Origin: Eledone cirrhosa
Lineage: Eukaryota
Reading direction: 5' to 3'
DNA length: 64,000 nucleotides
Assembly (NCBI GenBank): GCA_964016885.1
Contig: OZ024740.1
Span: forward strand, 240,374,001 to 240,438,000
The notes under the pieces are model-generated. The model did no database searches and was not told the origin of the DNA. It was given only the letters and a program-made list of their open reading frames with translations. Shown here piece by piece: positions 12,537 to 26,864 of this stretch. Every line of letters begins with the position of its first letter. Positions within the stretch are counted from its first letter, which is position 1. Both the position numbers and the translations under genes were made by a program.

Positions 12537-15500
12537 AAATTTCTTTATTAGCCACGAGGGCACAAAAGAAGGGGACAAATACAAATGGGGAGTTTACATA
12601 GAGGTATATGAAAATAAAACTATTAATAAAATAACAAATAACAATTGATATCCGCAAAAGGGGGGAGGTGTTACACAGGGGTTGTACACACCCCGAAAAA
12701 ATGTACAACTCTCATCTCCAGGAGCACCAAGAGTGACTACTCCCTTCCTCTCTTCCTCTTTTCCCTCAACCTACAGGCTTATATAGAGAGAAGACCCAAC
12801 CACTCGGGCCATCTTTGCCACATTCACCCACCTTTTATAAAATGTGCTGGGGTACAGTACCTCTCTCTCCACTCTGATTCTTCTTCCAAAATGATATTTG
12901 AAAAAACGAATCAGTTGCTCGCCGGAGAGAAAGGTGTCTGACCTCAGCCCTTTTAACCTCGTCCACCATATAACCTCTTTCACCATAGCCATAACACATA
13001 GGAAAACCGCCTCTCCCTCGTTCTTAAAGGAGGGTGGCGGTTTGATCATGACAATGGACTCGGTGGTCAACTGGATTGGTCCCACCCGCGACAATAGTCG
13101 TTCTACATAGCCCCACAGGTCGGTAACGCCCGGGCAGTGTACACATGCGTGCGCGGCGGTTTCCTCGTCACGCACGCATCTCGGACAGATCTTTTTCGAA
13201 GGGTACCTGCCCGGGCGCCCATGTCTGTAGAGCTTGTCTCAAACTGGTAGAGCTCCTCGGTAGCACTGCCAAGTCAGGGACTTTTGGAAGTTGTCCATTG
13301 GTCCCGGGCAGAAGGTCCTACCGAACAGACTGGCCAGTTCGTCCTCCTCTACGCCTAGAGTTTCTCCGAGCGTGTCGTCGCACTTGCTGCGGACCAACCC
13401 TCTATAGAATGTCGAAGTGGAGTCTCCACTGATCGCCGGATCCGTTTGCCAGAGGACTGTGAGCGCCTGAGCACATTCGATGTGCCAGTCGCCTATTTTC
13501 CTCGGTCTTTGCTTGACCCAGGACTGCAGCTCGGTCAGCGAGACGAGTCGTGGGAAGGCTCGCCTCACGAACGGGGCCCACACCGGTTGTCTGGTGAGAA
13601 ATACGTGGAGGTGCCGCAGCCTGAGCGCGTGCTTGCGCATCGTCAGCCACGGCATCCCCAGCCCTCCGTTTGAAGGGTGTTGGCAGAAGATGGATCTTCT
13701 CACCAAAGAAGCCCGATTCTTCCAAAGGAATTGGAAGAGCGCGCGCTCCATTTTTGTGAACGTTTTGGCTGGACAAGGCACAACGGTCAAGCGGTAGTAG
13801 ATGACGGACGCTATAAAAGTGTTCGCCACCTCCGCTCGACCTTTCAAGGATAGTTTGCACTCGGCCCACTTCTGGGTGAGCGCAAACACCTTGGCCGTCA
13901 CCTCGTTCCAGTTCTTCTCCACCTGGAGGTCCGGACCAAACCAGACCCCGAGCAGCTTTACCGGTCCTTCCGTCCAGCGTCCGACGACGCCATCGGAAGG
14001 CATCGATTTGCCTCTCCACGTTCCGAGTTGCAAACCAATGGATTTGTCTCGGTTCAGCTTCGCTCCTGTGAACCTTTCGTATTCCTCCAGTAAGGTGCCG
14101 ATCTCCCCGATTTGCGAGGTCCTCGACACCACTACTGTCACGTCGTCGGCGTAGGCCGACGCCGCTTTTCGCAGTCCCGGTTCCAAAGGGATGCCCTGCA
14201 ATAGCTCCAACTTCCGCAGTAGTGGCTCGAGAGACAGTACGTACAGAAGGGAGGAGAGAGGGCATCCCTGTCGGATGGATCGCGTGATATGGAACGGCTC
14301 TGAGAGGTAGCCGTTCACCTTGACCCTTGAGCAGATGTTGCTGCTGTGCGTTGCAGAAATCCAGCCCCTGAACACGGGTCCGAAGCCTGCCGCCTCGAGC
14401 ACCGCATCCAGGTAACGATGGTCAACCCTATCGAAAGCCTTAGACTGATCCAAGTTGTTCAGGGCCCCACCGAAGCCGGGTTTACACCCTACCCTCTCTA
14501 TGATGTATCGCATGAGATGGAGGTTGTCGTGTATGTACCTGGTCGGGATTGCGCATGTCTGCGCTTCTCCCACCAGGTTTTCGACGACAAGCGCCAGCCT
14601 CTTTGCCAACACCTTGGCCAAAATCTGTAACTCTGTGTTGAGCAGAGTTATGGGCCGGAAGTTGCCTATGTCATCCCCCTTGTTCTCGTCCTTCCTGACT
14701 AACGTGATTACGCCCTTGGTCACAGAACTGGGAATTCTCCCGTTCTGCTGCCAGTTGCAGTAGACCGCTTCCAGGAGACCGGAGAACAGGTCCGGCATTG
14801 CTACGTAAAATTCGTAGGGTAACCGTCGAGACCTGGAGATTTGCGTTTGCCGCATTGGCTCAGCGCGTCCCCTATCTCAGCGGCCGAAATCGGCCTTTCG
14901 CAGAACTTCGCCTCGCTGTCCGAGAGTCGCGGTAGGCCGTCGAGGTATGGACCGAAATCCATAGCCCCTCCAGGCGCGCCGCCCTGCCCGAACAGTTGAG
15001 CAAAGTGCCGCTGAAAGGCCGCTCACATTTGCTTCGGCTCACGTATCACGCGTCCGTCTTGGTCCTTCAAAGACCGAATCGTGGACTTGTTGCCACTTTT
15101 CGTCTCCGTCACTCAGGCCCAGCTAACAGCTTTGGCTCCCTCGTTTCCCAGAGCACGTATTTTGCTTCTGAAAACGCAGCCTTCATGCTTTGTATCGAAA
15201 AACTGGTCCAAGGCCGTTCTCTTCGCTAGCACGCTGGCTACGTTGCCACTCCTAAGTGCCTCTTCTACTTTATCTACCAGTTCCTTTTCGGTCTTATTTC
15301 TATCTAACACTAATTCTTTACTAAAACCTATCGAGTCTAATCTAACTAATCGAGTCTAATCTAACCTCTTGAGACAGTACCACCATCTGTTGTTGACAAA
15401 TGCCCCCGTCAAGTGCTGCTTAACTAAAGTGCTAATCCGTCTGCTGTAGGCTTTGCATGTCGGTAACGACAAGTTCAGCTTCCAGTAGTGGGATCCCTGT

Positions 15501-16178
15501 CTATGGGTTTTGTCAAGGTTGACTAAGCAGGTCACTAATTTGTGATCTGAATAGGCAACCATGAACATTTGTGGACAGCTTATCATGTCCCTATCCTTCT
15601 TTCTAACTAGAACCCTATCTAGGTACGATCTAGATGTTCCGCTAAGATTAGTCCACGTCCACAATGGCACAGTTGGAAAATCTAGTCGATATCTATCGGC
15701 CAGGTCAAATCGGCCGATTAACTGTTTGAGTCTGTTACACTCCCTCTATCGGGACATGCTCCCACATAGTCCCAACGTGCATCTAGGATTCCATTCCAGT
15801 CCTCCACTAACAGCAGGGAGCGGGACGTTCCTAGAAAAGTCTCTAGACGTTTGAAGAAGTCTGGCCGCGGTGTCCCGGATGGGGCATATGCGGCCACCAG
15901 CCTGAAGGCTCCACCTTCACTACCGTCAACGTCTAGGACCACCAGTCGACCCTCCGGGTCCAGATGTACCGTCTTTGTTACGAGGTCCAGGTGTTTCCGC
16001 AGCAAAACGGCAACCCCACCCCTACTTCCCGGCTGACAGAGAGATGCGTAGATTTCAAAGTCGTCGAAGATGGGGGCCAGTTGTCGCTCGCTGTGGATCC
16101 TGGACTCGCAAATGGCTACTACATCCATACTGTGCGACCTGAGGTCGTTTAAGAGTTTGCCCTGTTTCCAGGGCATCC
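12537..16178 (-). mobile_element. Tx1/L1-clade non-LTR retrotransposon, copy 1 (nearly full ORF2, no ORF1, frameshifted)
   Basis: APE domain 15356-16191 (VAICESR, AAYAPS, DWN, YLDRVL, SDH). RT in 13239-14855 (NFRPITLLN, LDQSKAFDRV, RQGCPLS, AYADD). C-terminal ETAAH..HCP region, then 3' UTR with AATAAA and (TCTA)n. Confidence 0.95.
13239..14855 (-). pseudogene. LINE ORF2 reverse transcriptase segment (538-codon open frame of a disrupted ORF2)
   Basis: Canonical non-LTR RT motifs; adjacent frames carry the endonuclease and the C-terminus. Confidence 0.9.
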
Positions 16179-16256
16179 AGATAGATATCAAGTGTTCGCG
16201 TTACAGAGACCAAGAAGACCGCAACTCAGAACTATTTGTATATATATAAGAGAGAA

Positions 16257-16350
<94 letters not shown>

Positions 16351-17698
16351 TTTTTTATTTACCACAAGGGCGCAAAAAGATGGGGACAAATACAGAGTGG
16401 GGAGTTTACATACACGCGTGTAAAAAAATAGAATTAATAAAAATAACAAATAACAAATAACAATTGAAATCCCCAATAGGGGGGAGGCGTTACACATTGG
16501 TTGTACACGCTCCGAAAAAATGTACAACCCTCATCTCCAGGAGTACGAAGAGTGAGCGCTCCTTTCCTCTCTTCCTCTTTTTCCTCAACCTACAGGTTTA
16601 TATAAAGAGAAGGCCCAACCACTCGGGTCACCCTTGCCACATTCACCCACCTTTTATAAAATTTGCAGCACCTCTCTCCACTCTGATTATTCTTCTAAAA
16701 TTATATTTGAAGAAGCGAACCAGTTGTTCGCCGGAGAGAAAAGTGTCCCTTTCAGTCTCGTCCACCATATAGCCTCTTTCACCATAGCCATTACACAGAG
16801 AAAAACCGCCTCTCCTTCGTTTTTGAAGGAAGGTGGCGGTTTGATCGCAATAATGGACTCGGTGGTCAACCGGATTTGTCCAACCCACGACAATAGTCGT
16901 TCTGCATAGCTCCACAGGTCGGTAATGCCCGTGTCTGTAGATCTTGTCTCGAACGGGTAGAGCTCCTCGGTAGCACTGCCAGGCCAGGGATTTTTGGAAG
17001 TTGTCCATCGGTCCCGGGCAGAATGTCCTACCGAATAGACTGGCCAGTTCGTCTTCCTCTACGCCTAGAGTTTCTGCGAGAGTGTCGTCGCACTTGCTGC
17101 GGACTAACCCTTTATATAATGACGAGGTGGAGTCTCCACTGATCGCCGGGTCCGTTTGCCAGAGGACTGTGGGCGCCTGAGCACATTTGATGTGCCAGTC
17201 GCCCATTTTCCTCGGTCTTTGCTTCACCCAGGACTGCAGCTCGGTCAGCGCGACGAGTCGCGGATAGGCTCGCCTCACGAACGGGCCCCACACCGGTTGT
17301 TCGGTGAGGAATACGTGAAGGTGCCTCAGCCTAAGTGCGTGCTTGCGCATCGTCAGCCACGGCATCCCCAGCCCTCCGTTTGAAGGGTGTTGACAGCAGA
17401 TGGATCTTCTCACCAAAGGAGCCCACTTCTTCCAGGGGAATTGGAAGAGCGCGCGCTCCATTTTTGTGAGCGTTTTACTTGGACAAGGCACAACGGTCAC
17501 GCGGTAGTAGATGACGGACGCTATGAAAGCGTTCGCCACCTCCGCTCGACCTTTCAAGGATAGTTTGCACTCGGCCCACTTCTGGGCGAGCGCAAACACC
17601 TTGGCCGTCACCTCGTTCCAATTTTTCTCCATCTGGAGGTCAGGTCCGAACCAGACCCCGAGCAGCTTCACCGGTCTCTCCGTCCAGCGTCCGACGAC
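16351..17698 (-). mobile_element. Tx1/L1-clade LINE, copy 2, 5'-truncated, within (GATA)n
   Basis: Homologous to 12537-13988 (VVGRWTERPVKLLGVWFGPD...). Long (GATA)n on both sides (16257-16350, 17699-17792). Confidence 0.95.
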
Positions 17699-17708
17699 AT
17701 AGATAGAC

Positions 17709-17792
<84 letters not shown>

Positions 17793-17872
17793 TTCTTTAT
17801 TAGCCACAAGGGCACAAAAGAAGAAGATAAATACAAATGGGGAGTTTACATACAGGTATATGAAAATAAAAC

Positions 17873-17873
<1 letters not shown>
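17793..17873 (-). mobile_element. Tx1 LINE copy 3 (3' UTR only) within (GATA)n
   Basis: Matches 12540-12622; GATA runs on both sides. Confidence 0.9.
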
Positions 17874-17917
<44 letters not shown>

Positions 17918-18223
17918 GCATATATATCATATAATCAAACCTGTATCTTATCACTGAGTTTATCAGTTAATTTCCCTTGCTTGTTTGTCTGTTTGTTGTT
18001 GTTGTTTTTTGTTTTTGTTTGTTTTTTTTTGTAATTGTGATCATATACATATTCTATTTTACACTTTTACTGGCATCAGTGATTTGACTGCGGTCCTGCT
18101 GAAACATGTGGTTTCAGATTCAGTTCCCCTGTGTGATAACATGGGTGAGTGTCTTCTACTATCGCCTTGGATTGACGAATGCTTAGTGAGTGAAATATGA
18201 CAGGCGGAACATCTGTGGAAACC

Positions 18224-18299
<76 letters not shown>

Positions 18300-18336
18300 T
18301 GTGTGTGTGTGTGTGTGTGTGTGTGTGCTTGTGTGC

Positions 18337-18379
<43 letters not shown>

Positions 18380-18406
18380 CGCGCGCGCGCGCGCGCGCGT
18401 GCGTGC

Positions 18407-18521
<115 letters not shown>

Positions 18522-18699
18522 CGTGAGAGAGAAAGAGAGAGAGTGCACGCATATATATCTCTGTTTACGTTTACAGTTTGTAACGAAGCGGTTTGTAAAA
18601 TAGAGATTGATAAAATAAGGATCTTAGTTGTGTCTTTCATTCTTCGTATTTCTTCTAAATGCACTGAATGGAAAGATGAAATAATAAATAAGATTCTAG

Positions 18700-19014
18700 A
18701 ATAGGGCATGTGGTTAGAATGTCTCAGGAAAGAATCGCTGGACAGATTTTACGAGCAAAACCAACAGGTAGGAAACCCAGAGGTAGACCCCGAGCAAGAT
18801 GGTTGGATAACATCCATTAGCTTGGTTGATCATGCTTGGGGATCCAGCCAGATCAGTTGAAGGCAGTTGCTTCTGACAGAACCCGCTGGAAGGAATAAGT
18901 GGACCGATCCACAAAAAGAAGAAGAAGAAGAAGAAGAAGAAGAAGAAGAAGAAGAAGAAGAAGAAGAAGAAGAAGAAGAAGAAGAAGAAGAAGAAGAAGA
19001 AGAAGAAGAAGAAG
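18700..19014 (+). mobile_element. RTE-type LINE 3' fragment followed by (GAA)n
   Basis: Translates as VVRMSQERIAGQILRAKPTGRKPRGRPRARWLDNI, the RTE C-terminal G.R.RGRP..RW.D motif. (GAA)n at ~18918-19014. Confidence 0.75.
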
Positions 19015-19655
19015 ATAACAATAGAGGTTTATCAAATATTATATTGTACATCAAAGCAACAACAAATATAATGCATAAGTCTCTGTTTACTGTTTACGTT
19101 TCAGTTTGTTTATATCCCGTAACATAGCGATTTGACAAGCGGAGATCGACAAAATAAGTACCAAACTTGAAAACAAATTATTCAAACAAATTATAATTAA
19201 CTAAATTCTTTCAAGGCGGAGTCCAAGCATGACCACATTCTAATGACAGGAACCAGTAACAGAATAAAAGAATTAATACTATTTTTATCTAAGTTAAGTT
19301 TCCTTGGGGTGAGTGGGGGTGTCTCCGCTTAATATACGATGTTTTATTAGATTCTTGATATCGTATTTCAAAGTTATAGTACGGCCTACTGCTTATATAG
19401 TGTTGTCATCAGTTACGGAATACGGTTGGTATTTTCAACTACCTGATGTAACAGGATCTTAACTGTTTCTTTCATTCTTCGTACTTCTAAATGCACTAAA
19501 TAGAGGAAACATGAAACAATAGAGAAATTTCTGGAAGATAACAACATGATGTAGTAAGTAGACATAAGGGCTGCAAAGGTGTTGGAATAAACAGAATACA
19601 GTTACATACAAAAAAGATAAACCTTATACAATGAACATATCAAAAATGTGATATA

Positions 19656-19853
19656 CAAGGGTCAACTAAAGAGTTCATAGGTTGACCTAGATACTCTCAT
19701 GGAATGACCAAATGAGATTTATTTTTCAACATATTCACTGAAAAGACAAAATGCAGTTATTAATAAGAAGAGTTGAAATTAATTAATACAAGATTTCAGA
19801 GCTCTAGCATCAATCCTTCCTAGTGAGGCTATGAGATTTTCAGCCAACTCTCG
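19656..19853. mobile_element. Mariner-derived MITE, decayed
   Basis: TA-caagggtcaactaaagagttcata ... tatgagattttcagccaactctcg-TA imperfect TIRs. Confidence 0.6.
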
Positions 19854-21324
19854 TAGATTAAAGAACTTAGAATACGATTATATAACATAAAATAATGAAA
19901 TTAAAATAATCTTAAAGACATGAAACATAAATCTATAATGACTTCTGCACTTCTGAACAACCTTCATGTCATATTTTTTCTCAACTGGCTATGTGGTTCC
20001 CTTAACCACTAGCCTTTAAAAAATCAAAATTGATATTAAACTAAAGCAGCTATACCTATTCTTCCGCGCATAAGGGCCTAAAAGGTTTTCACGTATTGTT
20101 GATTGGAAATGTTTGCAATGAAATGTGTATAACCACTGAAAAGCGTACCAATAGCTCCATTAAAAACATATTTACCAGCAACCTAACAAAACAATAGAAT
20201 ATGTATATGGGAAACTGAAAAGTACAATTATAGTTATAATGAAAACTATAGATAGGAAACTATACAAGCGGAAAACGTCTGGTGAAACGTATTATCAATT
20301 GTGGTAAAGTATTATAAAATAATAGGATATTAGAAATGTAAACTTATTCCGTTTCCATGGGGGCATTTAAGTAAAACTTATTGAAACTAATTGCAGACTA
20401 ACCTAGAAATGTTTGTGAATATATTTAAAATACAATGGAGATATAACAAAAAGCAGCAAATCAATATATAGTTATATCACGCAAGTATTACAAATAATGG
20501 CAATTAGTTGCCTGTTCCTAATTAGATACATCCACCAACGAGTGTTTATTGACTTCGAAAGGCCTAAACTCCAAGCAATAAAGACTGTATATGTTTAGCT
20601 CTGCATAAGAAATCTACAAATCTACATCATACAATTGAAGGTGTAATTAGCGTTATATTAAGACTCTTACGTAGAACCTTGTAGGAGGAATAATAATTTC
20701 TGATAAAGCATCTGGAAGAAACTCATTATCAATTATAGTAAAATATTAATATGAGATTCTAAACGTTGACATATCGTTCCGTTTCCATAGGATTATTAAA
20801 GTAAAATTAATTCAAAGAAACTACAGTAATTTCTCCTGTTTGCACTCATAAACTGTACCTAAATATTGGTATACATTTACAAATAAATGGAATGAACCAG
20901 CTTTGCTTTCAGTATAGTGGTCAGGAGCATAGAACCGCAACAGTAACGATAAATAGGTGGACTGACACTATAGTTACTTCGCCAGCTAAGGCTCTCTGGA
21001 AGATACATTAATGATGTCATAAATATAAAACTAGTTGTCGACGAAATGCATATATGCAAAAACTACTAGCAGTCATCCACACACACACAAAGGCTTGTCT
21101 TCATTTTTCTTGATCAATACATGATCGTAGAATTCTAATTTCTTTTCACTAGGCTTATGGTTAAATTTATTAAGAGAATGTGTAGACAGTTGATTCCAGT
21201 GAAGTCAAACCCGGCAGCATTTTATCTAATAATAGTGAAGCAGTGAACTTTACAGATAACGTAACACTTCTAAATTGACACTCTACAATTAAGGTTTTCA
21301 ACATTGAGATCGTATGTCTTATTT

Positions 21325-21681
21325 CATTCATCCTCATCATCATCATCATCATCACCACCACCACCACCACCACCACCACCACAACCACTACCACTACCAT
21401 TACCAATATTTCCACTATTCTGTATAATTGCAGCAGCCATACTACCATTAACACATACCATTATCACTATTAACGACAACAACTACTACTACTATTACTA
21501 CTACTACTACTACTACTATTACTACTACTACTACTACTACTATTACTACTACTACCATCACGACTACTTTTACTGCTACTACTACTATTATTACCACCAC
21601 CACCACTACCACCACCACCACCACAACTACAACTACTACTACCACTACTACAATCCCCGCAACCACCACCACCACCACCAC

Positions 21682-21753
<72 letters not shown>

Positions 21754-21764
21754 AAGTAGTAGTA

Positions 21765-21814
<50 letters not shown>
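21325..21814. repeat. Compound trinucleotide microsatellite (CAT)n/(CAC)n/(TAC)n followed by (TAG)n
   Basis: Directly visible. Confidence 0.95.
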
Positions 21815-21815
<1 letters not shown>

Positions 21816-22904
21816 AAAGGGGGATCAATGTGATCAATACGAACAATGAATTGACAAATGGACAATTTGTAAACGGGCTCTGCCGCCATGTCTAAAACAG
21901 CTGTTTCTATATAATAGTGATTGCTTAGAAAATACGACGGAAAAAATACTGAGATGTGGGAGGATAGTGGAGAAAGAGAGGGACAGAATTATGTTGTGAG
22001 GTGTGGTTGGAGTAGATAATTTGAAGAGGAGATGTCAGAATGAACGTGTGTACGTGTATGTATGTGTAGATATGTGTGTGTAAGTACAGAGTCAGGATGT
22101 GTGTGTTTGTGTGTGTGCGTGTAAAATACAGAAGCTAAGATGGAAGACAACTAGTTAAGAAAATAGTAACTAGTGTTTGAATAACAAATTACATGGGGGG
22201 GGGGGGGGGGGCTAGAGAAGAAAGAAAGAAAGAAATGAGGATCCCATTAAGGGTCAATTAAGGATCATTGTTAGTCAATATTGAAGAGACGACAATAGAA
22301 TAAGGGAGGTTGACATGGCAGACTCGGTAGAGTGCTATATAAAATGCTCTGTGGTATCTAGGTGCTTCGTTTTTTTGCGTTCGTGTGTTAAAATCCCCTT
22401 GAGGTCAATGTCGCCTTTTATTCTTCCAAGATCGATGAAAAAAAAGTAGCAGTCATGTTGTGGGAGCGATGATATAATCGACTGCTGTCTGATGTACCTC
22501 CCCTAGGTGTCACCGGCTGTCATCTGGGCATCACCTGATGTATGTTACCTAGGTGTCATGTGGTGGGTGTCATCTGGACGACCCCCACCCCGCCCTAATG
22601 TAAGCCTCATTATACAGCTGTTCTGGGGAAAAAACTTTGTGCATTAAACTTGCAGCATATTCATGAACTATCCAGGGAGCACAGATACGATTTGCTACCA
22701 TTGATACTGTAAAACAAAACATTATTCTCTGACGTTAGAGTTTTCCTCTTTATATTCACTAACTGCTAATGCAAATCATCACTACCGTCTTTGGATCCTA
22801 CTGCATACTTTGTGTGTATGTTCATTTATGTGCCTATAGCTGTATATTTTATAAGAATTTGTAGATTTGGGGGCTCTCAAAGATGCATGTGCTTTTTTTT
22901 AGTT

Positions 22905-23065
22905 CATTTTGCTTCATATTGGCCGACAAGACATCACCACTTCACATGGTCGCAAGCCATGTTATAGGCTTCTTCCCAGACGAGACCCTTGTCTATCAAG
23001 TCTTCCTCCACAGACCTCAACTAGGTCTTGACGGGTCTTCTTTGACTCATAGTCCCCCAATCTTC
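22905..23065 (-). mobile_element. Decayed RTE/RTEX-like LINE 3' fragment
   Basis: Minus strand reads RRPVKT*LRSVEEDLIDKGLVWEEAYNMACDHVKW*CLV. Confidence 0.55.
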
Positions 23066-23371
23066 TGACGTACACACACTCATACACACACACAAACCAT
23101 AGACAAAAACAGACACACGCACTCATATATATATATGAATATATATGTGTGTGTGTCTGTACCTGGTCGTGACTACATAGACACCTAAGACCCTTAGCGA
23201 AAGTATGGTTCATACTACGATTGTGAGTGAGGATTGTAGTATTGTTTATGTATATGTGTGTGTATGCGAGAGAAAGAGATAGGGAAAGGAGAAGAAAGAG
23301 AGAGAGAGAGGAGAGCAAGTAATAAAGAACGAAGATGAGGTTGGAGAAAGAAAATAGTTCAATTTACGACT

Positions 23372-23455
23372 TGTGAAATATTCTGCAGTTGAGACATGTG
23401 AAATATTCTGCAGTGAAATATTCTGCATGTGAAATATTCTGCAGTTGAGACATGT
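23372..23455. repeat. Short tandem repeat of GTGAAATATTCTGCA (4 copies with 0-12 bp linkers)
   Basis: Directly visible. Confidence 0.9.
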
Positions 23456-23483
23456 ACAGAAAAGCATCCATTATTAAACATGA

Positions 23484-23568
23484 CTTTGCCTTTCATCCTT
23501 ACGGTCGATAAAATAAAGTACCAGTAATGCACTGGGTAATTGCTGGCCTTGTGCCTAAAGTAGAAACA
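23484..23568 (+). mobile_element. 5'-truncated SINE with 14-bp TSD
   Basis: TSD attattaaacatga at 23470-23483 and 23569-23582. Confidence 0.9.
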
Positions 23569-24506
23569 ATTATTAAACATGAGCAGGACCGATTCATAAC
23601 AAGAGCGGACGTTACTATAGAGAGCAAGTCATCTTTTAAAATGGTGCTCCAGCATAGCCGTGTCTCGGTAGACATTTTACAGAAATCAATAACCATTAAA
23701 TATTGGTGTGTTATTATAGTATGGCACGGCTGGGGACACATCCCCAAAATGGACCTTACTGCATGATGCAAGTTACCATTGAAATGGAATCTCCAGCATG
23801 GCCATATCTCTAATAGTCTGACAATCTAAAGAGCTAAACAAGAAATGTACATATTGTTTAAAATTGATTTCTTTACACTATTACTGCTTTTTGTTTATAT
23901 GCAAGTCGTCCCTGATTGAGCAAACATAGAGCCATAAATATCCATTTTGTTGTTGTTCAGACTACATAATACTATATGTCCTTTTTAAGCGCGGTTTGAA
24001 GGAGATGCAGTTGTTAGTTTGAAAAGGTCAAATGACAGAGTAGAGACTCTCTTGCTTACTTTACAGTTTTATGTATCATATACTCGACAAATTTCAGCAC
24101 ATACATATATTGTGGTCGATTTATATGTTTACCTTTTTAGTTCTTTAGAATATTTTAATATTTTCAAGAAAACAGTTTCACTAAGACCCTGAAAACCGTG
24201 CTCGAGTAAAACCTTGGGTTTAATGGATTTACCTAATCTTATCTAATTGTCAGTGTCTCATATAATCAAGGCCTGCAAGAGTAGAGCTCGACTGATATAT
24301 CGAAATTCCAAGGAAGGTTCTCGTGAATATCTCGTGAATATCTGTGTCATTTTCTCCATGATATAAAACCATCTCGTTCCCTTTGAATTTTGAGTGGAGC
24401 TCTTCTACCGAAACAATAAATACTGTCTTGTTCCATCTTGCAACATTTTCTTGGACTCTCTGTCTGTAATTCTGTGTGGTTGTGTGTGTATGTGGTGTGG
24501 CTGTGT

Positions 24507-24707
<201 letters not shown>

Positions 24708-25299
24708 GGCCACTGTTGTTGTCACAGGGTCTACAATCGGGATTAAATCTACTACTCTGGCATAAGTATAAATACAAACATTAGGCTATTTCTTTATAGA
24801 AAACGTCTTCAATGTGGCTTAATAGTTGTTCCTGTGCATGGTTATTATTAGATTTAAAAACAAATTACTACTAGATTGTATCATGATTATAGCATAAACA
24901 GAATTATTATACAGAAAATTTACTCTCTCTAATGGGTGTACAGCACTCGCCTCACTTACCTAGAATATACAAACACGTATGTGTATGAGTTTGAATCTTT
25001 ATTTGGGTAAACATTTAACGTATCTGTTCGTATTTATGTATGTGTTTGTGTGTCTGTGTGCGTGTATGTGTGTGTATGAGTATGTGTTGTGTGTGTGACT
25101 GCGTGTGTGTGTGACTGTGTGTGTATGCACGTACATGTATGTGTGTGTGCGTCTGTGTGTGTCATACACCTGTCAATATACTTATATTTTGTACACGTTC
25201 CAATAATTTCAATTAATCGAAGCGATGGCGCTCCTAGTCTTTCTAGATAATCCTTCAATAGATAATCCTTCAATTACGCGGAGACGTAAATAAGTTTAG

Positions 25300-25628
25300 C
25301 TTCTAATATTCTAGAGCATTGGCCTTGCAATCGAAAGGTTGTGAGTTCAATTCTCAGACCGGGTGATGTGTTGTTTCCTTGAGCAAGACACTTTATTTCA
25401 CATTGCTCTTACTCAGCTGTAGAAATGAGATGATAGGGACTGGGGTCCCTTTCTTTCCACTGCAAAGTGGTCGTGGAGGTGCCACGGCAAAAAAGCACCC
25501 AGCACTCACTGTAAATGAGGTTGGTGTTAGGAAGGGCATCCAGCTGTAGAAATCAAGCCAGAATCAGTTCCCGTCCCACCCTTGCAAGCAGGGAAAAGCG
25601 GATGTAAAATGAAATGAATGAAATGAAA
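25300..25628 (+). mobile_element. tRNA-derived SINE of a second family
   Basis: B-box gagttcaattc, then ccttgagcaagacacttt, ggaagggcatccagctgtagaaa and an (AATGA)-type tail. Related heads at 45255-45375(-) and 58450-58590(-). Confidence 0.75.
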
Positions 25629-26147
25629 ATCGTGTATTAGTGATTGAACGAACGAAAAATTATTAGACAGCAAATAGGTTTCAGCGGGAGCCATTCGATA
25701 AAAGATGGACTACAAAAAATATTCAAGAGTGGGTTTAATTGGTGAATAAGATGGAATTGATAGAATGCGAAGACATGACTACAAAAAGATAGTTAAAATT
25801 GTTATTTTTATTTAGTACCAAGCCAACCTAACCAAGCAAATCAATTGACAATGGCACTCCAGCCATAATGATTCCATCTATTCCCCTTTTATTTTCTAGA
25901 GTTGTTTTGTCTAAATACATCTTTGCTTTTTTTTTTTATGACGTTGAGGTGTGATTTGAAGGAGATTTAACTACTATTTCTAGCATGTCAAGCAACTGCA
26001 TATAGGCTCCTCCTTGTATTGAGAGTCGAGGGGGTATGAAGTTATGGTTCAGTGTTTGTTATAAAAATTAGTGAAGACATATTTTGTATCATTATCATCA
26101 TGGCCAGTGGATTGGCAGTATCGGTAGAGGGTCGGACGCCATGCTTT

Positions 26148-26347
26148 NNNNNNNNNNNNNNNNNNNNNNNNNNNNNNNNNNNNNNNNNNNNNNNNNNNNN
26201 NNNNNNNNNNNNNNNNNNNNNNNNNNNNNNNNNNNNNNNNNNNNNNNNNNNNNNNNNNNNNNNNNNNNNNNNNNNNNNNNNNNNNNNNNNNNNNNNNNNN
26301 NNNNNNNNNNNNNNNNNNNNNNNNNNNNNNNNNNNNNNNNNNNNNNN
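26148..26347. other. Assembly gap (200 N) cutting a SINE copy that starts at ~26102
   Basis: N run. Confidence 1.
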
Positions 26348-26473
26348 TTGTTATTTATTGATGCTCCAGTATTTATTTAAAATAATTGGTTTCATATTCT
26401 ACAGAAGATAGTTCGGCGGCATTCAAACTGTTATTAATGTTATTTTTAAGTGCAACACGTGTGGAAAACCGTC

Positions 26474-26521
<48 letters not shown>

Positions 26522-26864
26522 ATTCAACATGTAGACAAGGTAACACAGACTTCATAAAGAGACCATACCATTTGTCTGTCACACATATATGTATATATAT
26601 AATATATATAGTTATTTTCTTGGCTGTGTGAGTGTTTTACCGGTAGCGTAACGATGGGTTTTTACTAGTTATATAAAACTCATAAGTCTGTATAAGCAAG
26701 TTGTATTTATTGTATTATTCTATTTCTTATATGTTAAGTTTGGCCCCAACATTTAATGAACCTCCTGCATCATTTTCCGCATACATGCCTTCCATACAGC
26801 ATCCGTACAAGACGTCCGATCAAGACGTTCCGTACAAGACGTCCGATCCAACGTAAACGGAGGT

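Noticed and set aside
13402-14265. 287-aa alternative-frame ORF and antisense ORFs over the Tx1 and CRE elements
   Set aside because: Shadow frames of GC-rich RT coding sequence, with no recognisable motifs.
21133-21290. Possible host exon after an acceptor-like ttctaatttctttttcactag
   Set aside because: All frames stop quickly, with no recognisable protein or convincing donor site.
23372-23455. CRISPR-like short repeat array
   Set aside because: 15-bp units with identical or absent linkers, no unique spacers, no cas genes.
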